The translations under genes were made by a program, and so were the position numbers. Positions 56,534 through 64,000 of a stretch of DNA of 64,000 nucleotides are shown in pieces. Position 1 is the stretch's first letter. Every line of letters starts with the position of its first letter. The notes beneath the pieces were generated by a model, which worked only from the letters and a program-made list of their open reading frames with translations, was not told where the DNA came from and did no database searches. This DNA is from a virus. The DNA lies in the IMG/VR virus record IMGVR_UViG_3300050014_000916, positions 5,028 through 69,027 of that record, one strand, 5' to 3'.

Positions 56534-56994
56534 AATATTTCAATCCAATCATTATTGGTATTACCACCAGTTAATCTATATATTTTATTTTCGCTTTTGA
56601 CAAGAACTTTCAATCCGTCTTCACGTAAATATATTTTTTCTCCTTCAAGTATGCCTGTGGTAGCCAAACTATCTCTTTCTTCAATAGTATCAACAGCTAC
56701 ATAATATGGTTTACCCAATATCATTTCAGTATCTCCATATGCTTTCATAGTGTTCCAAAGTAATTCTGCCATTTCATCACTAACTTGTCCAAGTACACGA
56801 ATAGTAAGATCAATTTTTTCTGCAGTATCTTTATCAAAGTGATCACTTAATCGATCATATGTATTTTGTAGTACATATCTTGCTATTTCAATTGCAAAAA
56901 ATTTATCTTCAGGTTTATCTTTATAACTTGATGGTAACCCAATGCAAGGTCTGCCTTGCTCATTTAATTTAATTTCGTATTCAATCCTATGCAT
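56530..56994 (-). CDS. Hypothetical protein
   Basis: 154 aa ORF; TATATTTG promoter box upstream. Confidence 0.55.
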   Translation of the reverse strand: MHRIEYEIKLNEQGRPCIGLPSSYKDKPEDKFFAIEIARYVLQNTYDRLSDHFDKDTAEKIDLTIRVLGQVSDEMAELLWNTMKAYGDTEMILGKPYYVAVDTIEERDSLATTGILEGEKIYLREDGLKVLVKSENKIYRLTGGNTNNDWIEIL

Positions 56995-57044
56995 AATAGA
57001 TTCATTAAAGTATTTATAATAAACGACTACAAATATATATCTTT

Positions 57045-58163
57045 ATGGCATTAATAACAACAGTTGATAAAAATAAATTATTCCTTCATGTAAAACATGA
57101 GTTGGGATTCCCACTGAGACCCTTTGAAATTGAGGATGAACAGATGGATTCATATCTTGAAATGGTCGTTGAAGACTATTCTTCACTTGTAAATAGCTGG
57201 TTAATTCAACAGCAATGGATTGGCTTGGAAGGTATGAACAAAGAAACTGGTGACTTTCTCAGTGCATTTACCAATAAGTCAAATCACTATATGGAAAGTT
57301 TTACCTATGGTTATTCACGACAGGTAGGTCTTGGTACAAATGCACCTGCTGCCCAAGGTTGGGAGCTTAAACGTGATTTTATCGTTACCGAAGCACATAC
57401 ACAACATTATATTATACCTGCTGGCAGGGAAGTTAATGAAGTATTATGGGAAACACCACCTGAGATTGATGGTGGACTTGCTGATCCGTTCGCACTGAAT
57501 GCATGGTCACCCGGGATGATGGGCTGGTCATATCTTGGTCGTCCAGCGATGTATGTACAACCGACTTTTTCAACATTATTGGGTGCTCAAGATCGTAGGA
57601 TGAAACAAAGAGTTTTGCAATCAATTTTAACCTATAGAATTACAGGTTTAGCTACTGGTGAAAAAGTCTTGCATTTATATCCCGTACCCGGTGATCGTCA
57701 TGAAATAGCTGGTACATGGGGAAAACATTATGCTGGAAGAAAAGTTTGGTATTGGTATTACGATACAAATCCTGATCAACGTAATAAATGTTTGGAAGAA
57801 AATAATGATGTGGTAAGACTACCTTCCGATGCACCAACATCTGTGCTGGAATGGCAGAATTTAAATGATGTTGCTCGTCAGCAGATAAGAAATTTACTCA
57901 TTGCCAAAGTTAAAATAGTTCTTGGTGGAGTTCGTGGCTTTTACACTGGTGAACTTGGTGTTGCTGAGAAGCAATTAACGATGGATTACAGACACTTGCT
58001 TGATGAAGGTAAAGAGTTAAAGGATGCTACAGAAAAGGTGATCTTAGATCAGCTTACATACCTTAGTCAAGAAAATCTTACAGATATTCGTGCAAGGGTA
58101 GCAGAAAACGTAAATAAAGAACGTGGATATCAACCACCAAAGTTCCCGATTATATCAATTTAA
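57045..58163 (+). CDS. Neck protein (T4 gp13-like)
   Basis: ELGFP..EIEDEQM N-terminus; late motif upstream; context. Confidence 0.65.
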   Translation: MALITTVDKNKLFLHVKHELGFPLRPFEIEDEQMDSYLEMVVEDYSSLVNSWLIQQQWIGLEGMNKETGDFLSAFTNKSNHYMESFTYGYSRQVGLGTNAPAAQGWELKRDFIVTEAHTQHYIIPAGREVNEVLWETPPEIDGGLADPFALNAWSPGMMGWSYLGRPAMYVQPTFSTLLGAQDRRMKQRVLQSILTYRITGLATGEKVLHLYPVPGDRHEIAGTWGKHYAGRKVWYWYYDTNPDQRNKCLEENNDVVRLPSDAPTSVLEWQNLNDVARQQIRNLLIAKVKIVLGGVRGFYTGELGVAEKQLTMDYRHLLDEGKELKDATEKVILDQLTYLSQENLTDIRARVAENVNKERGYQPPKFPIISI

Positions 58164-58164
58164 T

Positions 58165-58716
58165 ATGAAGAAGAAAAAGCAAATAGAAGATATTGAGAAT
58201 GACAGAATGGGCATGTTTATGAATAATAGATCATTCAATCTTGATATTATGTATGGTAGGAATTTCTTAAAGACTGATAATGCACAAGAAGTCACTATAT
58301 ATAAAATTAATGTGATTGAATCCAAGGTACATTCATTATATGGTCAGGCAAAATCAAAAGATAAAAAGTACATGCCACCTGTCAGGATATCGGTTATGGT
58401 AAATGTTGAAGATGGCAAGCAGGAATTTTATGGTGGTAATCAAGGTGGTATTGCCCGTGACGATACAGGACCGATCAGTTTCGGAGTGTATCTTAAAGAA
58501 CTGGAAGAAAAGAATTTGGAAATTGACAGAGGTGATATTATTGAATATAACATGAGTGGCGAAAAGAAAAGATATTATGAAGTTGAAAGTGCTAATAATG
58601 TTACAGATGAAACAAAGAAAACTATAGGTGGCTTTAAACCATACTGGAAACGTGTAACTGGTGTGCCAGTTAAGGAAGACGTTGTACCATTCCTTAGTGA
58701 AACCAAGGGCAATTAA
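58165..58716 (+). CDS. Head closure / neck protein (gp14-like)
   Basis: SLYGQA..RGDII..YYEV; follows neck gene. Confidence 0.6.
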   Translation: MKKKKQIEDIENDRMGMFMNNRSFNLDIMYGRNFLKTDNAQEVTIYKINVIESKVHSLYGQAKSKDKKYMPPVRISVMVNVEDGKQEFYGGNQGGIARDDTGPISFGVYLKELEEKNLEIDRGDIIEYNMSGEKKRYYEVESANNVTDETKKTIGGFKPYWKRVTGVPVKEDVVPFLSETKGN

Positions 58717-58801
58717 AGAAAAATATGGAGTATTGTCAGTATTCTTCATATTTTTTAGTATTTATATAAAAATAACATTAAACAATTTAAAAAATACGGC
58801 T

Positions 58802-58954
58802 ATGAAATTAAATCAAACAACTTACAGACTTTGGCTGAGAACTGGTATTAATGAGACTGGTTATGCTACAGATAATGATATTCTTGCAGCTATCGCAGCA
58901 CTTGTATCAAATACAATCCCTGTAACTCCAAACCCAATTGATAAACAGGACTAA
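58802..58954 (+). CDS. 50-aa protein with C-terminal NPIDKQD motif
   Basis: Paralogous C-terminus with next two genes. Confidence 0.65.
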   Translation: MKLNQTTYRLWLRTGINETGYATDNDILAAIAALVSNTIPVTPNPIDKQD

Positions 58955-58975
58955 GAGTTAAAGAAGAAAAAATAA

Positions 58976-59015
58976 TAAGATATGACATCAATAAATTTAT
59001 TGATGTCATATCTTA
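58976..59015. repeat. Perfect 40-bp palindrome
   Basis: TAAGATATGACATCAATAAA|TTTATTGATGTCATATCTTA. Confidence 0.95.
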
Positions 59016-59037
59016 ATAATATTTAAAATTTATTAAC

Positions 59038-59481
59038 ATGGGACTATCATTTCCTCCAACAGTTACTGGAGCGACTGCTCATTCTATAACATTTGATTCA
59101 GCAGTTGTTACAGGTAAAGTAACAACCAGTGGTAGCACTACAGTTACTTCTCGTGGAACAACATGGAGTATTATTACTGGTGCAACACCAACTGGAAACA
59201 GTCATACTATTGATGGTGTTGGACTTGGCGATTTTACAAGCGCAATGAGTGGTTTACAACAAAACACCAATTATTATTATCGTGCATATGCAAGAAATAG
59301 TTGTGGAATTGGATATGGCGCAGAACATAGTTTATGTACCAATATTCATCCAACGTCTTCTGCAGAACTCAGGATATATGAAAGAACAGGTATTTTTGGT
59401 GGTACACCTACTCCAGATCAACAGCTTGCTATAATTCTTGCGGGTGTTCTGACAGAAAATCCAATTGATAAACAGGATTAA
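59038..59481 (+). CDS. Fibronectin-III-like decoration protein with NPIDKQD tail
   Basis: GLQQNTNYYYRAYARN..GYG. Confidence 0.75.
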   Translation: MGLSFPPTVTGATAHSITFDSAVVTGKVTTSGSTTVTSRGTTWSIITGATPTGNSHTIDGVGLGDFTSAMSGLQQNTNYYYRAYARNSCGIGYGAEHSLCTNIHPTSSAELRIYERTGIFGGTPTPDQQLAIILAGVLTENPIDKQD

Positions 59482-59504
59482 AAATAACTTTAAAATTAAA
59501 AATT

Positions 59505-59951
59505 ATGGTTGGAGGTACACCTACAGTTACAGGTACAACAATAAGCTCAATTACAAGCACATCTGCAATTGGTGCTGGTGACGTTACAGCTAACGGAAGC
59601 GGTCTTTTGGCTCGTGGAGTTATTTGGAACGTGTTAAATGACGTTACAGGAAGAACAGGAAACGGTGATTCGTTTATTGCTGGAACTGGAATGACAGGAA
59701 TATTTACAGTATCACTTACTGGATTAAAATCAAACACCAAATATTATGCTCGTGCATATGCACGTAATGGCAGTGGAACTGCTTACGGTGCTGAAACTAA
59801 TTTTACGACTACTGCATCTGCAACATCTTCAGATGATCTTCGATTATTTGAAAGGACTGGCATTACTGGTGGTAGTCCTACTCCAGAAGAACAGCTTGCT
59901 ACAATTCTGGCAGATATTATGGTTGAAAATCCGATAGATACACAAGATTAA
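59505..59951 (+). CDS. Fibronectin-III-like decoration protein with NPIDTQD tail
   Basis: GLKSNTKYYARAYARN..AYG. Confidence 0.75.
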   Translation: MVGGTPTVTGTTISSITSTSAIGAGDVTANGSGLLARGVIWNVLNDVTGRTGNGDSFIAGTGMTGIFTVSLTGLKSNTKYYARAYARNGSGTAYGAETNFTTTASATSSDDLRLFERTGITGGSPTPEEQLATILADIMVENPIDTQD

Positions 59952-59960
59952 CGAAAATAT

Positions 59961-59987
59961 AAAAGGGGGTCAATTTGACCCCCTTTT
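59961..59987. terminator. Bidirectional terminator between convergent genes
   Basis: AAAAGGGGGTCAA-T-TTGACCCCCTTTT. Confidence 0.75.
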
Positions 59988-59992
59988 ATTAT

Positions 59993-60325
59993 TTAATCTT
60001 CAGTTTCCCCATCATTAGTTTCAATATCATCAAAAGTTTTAAACTCTTCAGTCGCTTCATTAAACATTTCATCATCAACCCAGATTGGTGTTTGCTCACC
60101 AACATAGGCATCTTGAACATTAAAATCAAAATACTCCATTGCCATTTCATATGTCATCTTATCTCTATCGATAAGAATTTTAATACATTTACTTATTGAG
60201 TAAACAAGACGGAATCCACCAGTTACTTTATCATAAGCAACACCGATTACCGCATCATCGAAGCCATCGGCTTTTAAAAGTTCCTCATCTGGATACCAGT
60301 CAATTATTTCATTTAGTTTGTTCAT
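59993..60325 (-). CDS. Conserved-type phage hypothetical protein
   Basis: ADGFDDAVIG..EYFDFN..AYVGEQTP. Confidence 0.7.
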   Translation of the reverse strand: MNKLNEIIDWYPDEELLKADGFDDAVIGVAYDKVTGGFRLVYSISKCIKILIDRDKMTYEMAMEYFDFNVQDAYVGEQTPIWVDDEMFNEATEEFKTFDDIETNDGETED

Positions 60326-60569
60326 CTTTTTTTATTTTAAAATGTTTCACTTTAATCTTTTCAAGTTCATCTATTAGTTTTTTGTGTTGTTCTTTTGATT
60401 GTACTCCTAATTCGTCACCATAGTCTTTATATATATCCATAACAAATACAATAAATTCCTTTTCCTTTTCAGAAAGGTATGTGCCCTTTTTGATATAAAG
60501 CAACAATGCCATTGAAAGGACAAGAACTGCTGATGCCAGTAATGTCAATAATATATATAGTATGATCAT
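60309..60569 (-). CDS. Small membrane-anchored protein
   Basis: N-terminal TM helix. Confidence 0.55.
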   Translation of the reverse strand: MIILYILLTLLASAVLVLSMALLLYIKKGTYLSEKEKEFIVFVMDIYKDYGDELGVQSKEQHKKLIDELEKIKVKHFKIKKDEQTK

Positions 60570-60573
60570 TCAA

Positions 60574-60951
60574 TTATTTTAACTTTCTTTCTCTCACGAG
60601 CGCAATATGTGCTTCTCCTATAACTTTAAGCCAAGGAAATTTAGTGCCATTTTCACGAAAATCGTTCATGTAACTTTGTATTTTTGCAAAGAATCGTTCT
60701 TCCTGTGACTGTCCGTTATAAACCAAACCACGTTCTTTCCATGTGTCGCCATAACGTATTCCGTCATCAGTCAATTGCATTTCAACATCCTGATTGGTTT
60801 CCCAAAGTTCATCAATTAAATTAACATCTTTTAATCTTTCATCCATAATTTTATTATTTATTTTAACCAAATTTTTCCAACATGTACATTGTCCGCTTGC
60901 ATGTAAGCAATACGGACAATAACCACCAGTATGAAAATCGTAATTACTCAT
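60574..60951 (-). CDS. Hypothetical protein
   Basis: 125 aa ORF. Confidence 0.55.
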   Translation of the reverse strand: MSNYDFHTGGYCPYCLHASGQCTCWKNLVKINNKIMDERLKDVNLIDELWETNQDVEMQLTDDGIRYGDTWKERGLVYNGQSQEERFFAKIQSYMNDFRENGTKFPWLKVIGEAHIALVRERKLK

Positions 60952-61270
60952 TCACTTTCTTTTTAGTTTTATCTAAATCGATATCTTCCCAGAGTTTTGC
61001 AAACCTGTATGCTGAATCACATTCTTTCAATGTTTTAAGTTGATCACATACTCTCAATAAAGTATCAAGATGACTATGAAGACTTGCATGGTCAAAATAA
61101 GAATTTCTGACTTTTTTATTGAAATCTTCAAGAGCTTTATCACGTCTTTGGGTAAAATATTCGATTGCTGTTTCCATATCGAATTTGATATTTTTTATTG
61201 CAGTTTCTTCTGCTTCTCTCATCTGATTGATTTCGCTTTCAATCTCTTCGTTACTAAGTTTTTCTTCCAT
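60944..61270 (-). CDS. Hypothetical coiled-coil protein
   Basis: 108 aa ORF. Confidence 0.55.
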   Translation of the reverse strand: MEEKLSNEEIESEINQMREAEETAIKNIKFDMETAIEYFTQRRDKALEDFNKKVRNSYFDHASLHSHLDTLLRVCDQLKTLKECDSAYRFAKLWEDIDLDKTKKKVNE

Positions 61271-61511
61271 AGTTTTATTTGTTTTTATTATTATACTTAT
61301 ATACTCTCACTGCTATCATTGCATCGTTACAGAGTTTAATTCCTTCATTTTACTTAAATATTGCATCAATCAGGCTGTCAACCTTTAATCTGTTTTCAAT
61401 TTGAACACCAGATTTAAGTAAGTCCACCAAATCCCCAATTGTTTCATCACGTTTTTCTTCGCCAATCTTAATGGCAAGCATTAAATCACTATCATTTTCC
61501 ATCTTCGGGTT

Positions 61512-62255
61512 TTATTTAATATATTTATAATTTTCAAATTTCTTATTCTTTGATCGTAATCTCCATAATATGGTTGATATTGAAATTCCCAATTTTTTAT
61601 ATGCATCACCAAGTGAAAAATATTCGATGTTATTAATACTGAACCTAATATTTTGTGTTCCACTATATTTACCTTTTCGCTGTTTTGATAATTCGTTTTT
61701 TGTTTCAATTGTATGATGTTTATTAAAAAACGAATTATTTTCTCCACTAAATGGTCTACAAGATTTACAATATATTGCATTATTCGATATTCTTTTACCA
61801 CAATTACAGTAATTATATGTTTTACCATCTTTCCAATTGGGATTATTTTCCATTGGTCTTGAATATTTATCTTTCCTTTCAACATCATTCATGTTTTTTA
61901 TGGTGGCATGAAGCGTTTTTTTCATTTTAGCAATAATTTCATTCTTTTTGGGATTATTACTTAAATTATCTCCACCGCTTGCGATTTTTCCGATATTATA
62001 TTTTGGTTTCAAATTTAAGTATTTTTGTTCCAAAATCAATAAATCATTAATATCACATTCTTCAATAATTTCAAAAACAAAATTTTTTTCACCATATTTA
62101 TTCCATGCTCTTTGTAATTTAATATTTTCGTGTTTATTATTTCTTAATCCACATCTATGTCTATCCCATCTTCTTGTAATATTTTTTGCTGACCCTATAT
62201 AGCAGTTTTTATTAATTATGTTTTTTATTCTATAAATTCCACTTATCATCGCCAT
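61512..62255 (-). CDS. GIY-YIG homing endonuclease with NUMOD3
   Basis: SGIYRI..CYIGSA..RW..H; free-standing just downstream of thyA. Confidence 0.9.
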   Translation of the reverse strand: MAMISGIYRIKNIINKNCYIGSAKNITRRWDRHRCGLRNNKHENIKLQRAWNKYGEKNFVFEIIEECDINDLLILEQKYLNLKPKYNIGKIASGGDNLSNNPKKNEIIAKMKKTLHATIKNMNDVERKDKYSRPMENNPNWKDGKTYNYCNCGKRISNNAIYCKSCRPFSGENNSFFNKHHTIETKNELSKQRKGKYSGTQNIRFSINNIEYFSLGDAYKKLGISISTILWRLRSKNKKFENYKYIK

Positions 62256-62304
62256 TTTAATAATAAATACTCACATAATTAAAAATTAAATGATAGTCCA
62301 TAAT

Positions 62305-63393
62305 TTATTTCTTTAGTCCAGTAAATAATTCATATTTTATTGAAGGATGTGACTGGTAATTAATTAATTCGAAATCATTTATGTTTAATTCAAGAATATC
62401 ATCAAGATTATTTAATTCTTTATTAATTTTTAATTCTGGTAATTTATATGGAACTCTTTTTAATTGTTCTTTAACCTCTTCTATATGATTTACATATATG
62501 TGTGTATCACCACCAATCCAAGTAGCGATACCTTCTTCCATATTACATGTTTTTGCAAATATTTTTAAAAGACAGCTCATTGAAGCTAAATTAAATGGAG
62601 CACCACATGCGCTATCTACACTTCTTTGGTACATGTTCAAATCAAGATAAAATTTCGGTACATTTTGTTCATCCAATGCATCACTTTCAGTTTTACCATT
62701 TCCCCATGTTAATAAGAACATAATACCTTTGATTCGTTCAGTCCATATTGCACGTCTCTCTTCAATGCTCATTGGTCTTACAATAAATTGGTACATCAAA
62801 TGACATGGTGGTAAAGCCATGTGTTTCTGATCAGCTTTATTCCAAGCATTAATTATATGATACCTGCTGAAAGGATTGGTCTGTAGACCTTCGAGACATT
62901 CTTTAACCTGATCAACACCATTCTGATGTCGCCATTGATACCCATAAACTTTACCCAGATCACCCAACATATATATTGGCATTACTGAACCAAGTAATTC
63001 TTCAGGTATTCCTTTTGAGCCTCTTAAGAAGATATATAAATTACCCTCTTTTATTGTTTCAACAAATTCTTCAATGGTAAATCTTTTTTCTTCGACAATA
63101 CCCATTTTATCACAATATTTTAAATACCAGCCATAAGCGTCTTTATTCCAAATATTTACGTTATTATCAACCAAGTATTTAATATTAGTATCACCCCTGA
63201 GAATCCACAGTAGTTCATGAACCATGCCCTTCCAGTACATCTTTTTAGTTGTAAGAAGAGGATAGCCATCTTGTAAATTCATTTGTATCACTGCATGTGA
63301 TATGCCAATCGTATTAGGCATATTGGCTCTGCCACTTTCCTTCTCAACACCATTGTCAATGATGTTCTGAAGTAAATCCAAATACTGTTTCAT
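62305..63393 (-). CDS. thyA: Thymidylate synthase
   Basis: PLLTTKK, ELLW, YGYQWR, ALPPCH, YQRSVD, GDTHIYVNH. Confidence 0.96.
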   Translation of the reverse strand: MKQYLDLLQNIIDNGVEKESGRANMPNTIGISHAVIQMNLQDGYPLLTTKKMYWKGMVHELLWILRGDTNIKYLVDNNVNIWNKDAYGWYLKYCDKMGIVEEKRFTIEEFVETIKEGNLYIFLRGSKGIPEELLGSVMPIYMLGDLGKVYGYQWRHQNGVDQVKECLEGLQTNPFSRYHIINAWNKADQKHMALPPCHLMYQFIVRPMSIEERRAIWTERIKGIMFLLTWGNGKTESDALDEQNVPKFYLDLNMYQRSVDSACGAPFNLASMSCLLKIFAKTCNMEEGIATWIGGDTHIYVNHIEEVKEQLKRVPYKLPELKINKELNNLDDILELNINDFELINYQSHPSIKYELFTGLKK

Positions 63394-63408
63394 TTTTAAT
63401 TAAAAATA

Positions 63409-63594
63409 CTATCTCTTATTATTTATTGCTTCAATCTCACGATTGATGCGTGCGATATCCGCAGTTAAAAGCGGAATCATGGTAGATGTTGTCTTGCCGT
63501 TGATTTTTTCAGGTTTAGTACCTCTCAGGAGTTGTGCTTCAAGCATTTTTTTAGCAGCTTCCCTTCTCATTTTGTTTCCAGTTGTGCCCTTCAT
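63409..63594 (-). CDS. Hypothetical protein
   Basis: 61 aa ORF. Confidence 0.5.
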   Translation of the reverse strand: MKGTTGNKMRREAAKKMLEAQLLRGTKPEKINGKTTSTMIPLLTADIARINREIEAINNKR

Positions 63595-63608
63595 AGTTAA
63601 AATTGTTT

Positions 63609-63827
63609 TTAAAATATTGCACTAAATGCAATAATATATTTTGGTTTTATTGTATTGTAAATATCTTCAATAAAAACATCATCGGGTTTTATTTCGATTG
63701 TATTAATGTCCGAAAGAAAAAATGCATCACCTTGTACGTGAATTACTACACCATCTTTTGATAAATAAGAAGGTATCATGTCTGAATTTGTATATAGACT
63801 TCCTTTAATTAATATATTTCCCGTCAT
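63609..63827 (-). CDS. Hypothetical protein
   Basis: 72 aa ORF. Confidence 0.45.
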   Translation of the reverse strand: MTGNILIKGSLYTNSDMIPSYLSKDGVVIHVQGDAFFLSDINTIEIKPDDVFIEDIYNTIKPKYIIAFSAIF

Positions 63828-64000
63828 TTTTGTAGTTTATTTATTTGATATTCAGTAAATTCGTGCATGAATTCACATTCAAGACCTAATGAACTAATAC
63901 CGTTGAACTTACCAAAATCATATGCTTCCACAGCAGGACGTACTTCTTTACAGATGTTCAGTACTTCTTCATCACTGAGATCAATCTTTTTAATAATCAA

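Noticed and set aside
61512-63393. td-like intron in thymidylate synthase
   Set aside because: thyA is continuous; the GIY-YIG gene is free-standing downstream.
1-64000. Stop-codon reassignment
   Set aside because: Long conserved genes are open in code 11, TAG and TGA end genes at expected places, and no suppressor tRNA is seen.

Overview
AT-rich (~30% GC) segment of a large T4-like (jumbo-type) tailed phage. TAnnTTTG/-33 TTTG promoters point to a Bacteroidota host. The right half holds the head module (terminase, intein-containing portal, intein-containing prohead protease, scaffold, gp23-like major capsid, neck proteins), a lytic transglycosylase, UvrD helicase and thymidylate synthase. 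The left half is a translation-support region with 20 tRNA or tRNA-like genes, a tmRNA, a split T4 Rnl1-type RNA ligase, RNA-repair-associated proteins and a KamA radical SAM enzyme. The window carries 10 free-standing homing endonuclease genes. Main observation: three tRNA operons each follow a host-type promoter, a short unannotated leader ORF and an intrinsic terminator. The 5' arm of each terminator is complementary to a segment inside the leader ORF. The leader codons match the downstream tRNAs: YYYGKKSYKK precedes Lys/Tyr tRNAs, PQQHPQ precedes Pro/His/Gln tRNAs, and D..D..W..EED precedes Asp/Trp tRNAs. This looks like a set of ribosome-stalling attenuators that switch on codon-specific phage tRNAs on demand. 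Several of these tRNAs are structurally non-canonical. All calls were read by eye; no searches or folding programs were run.
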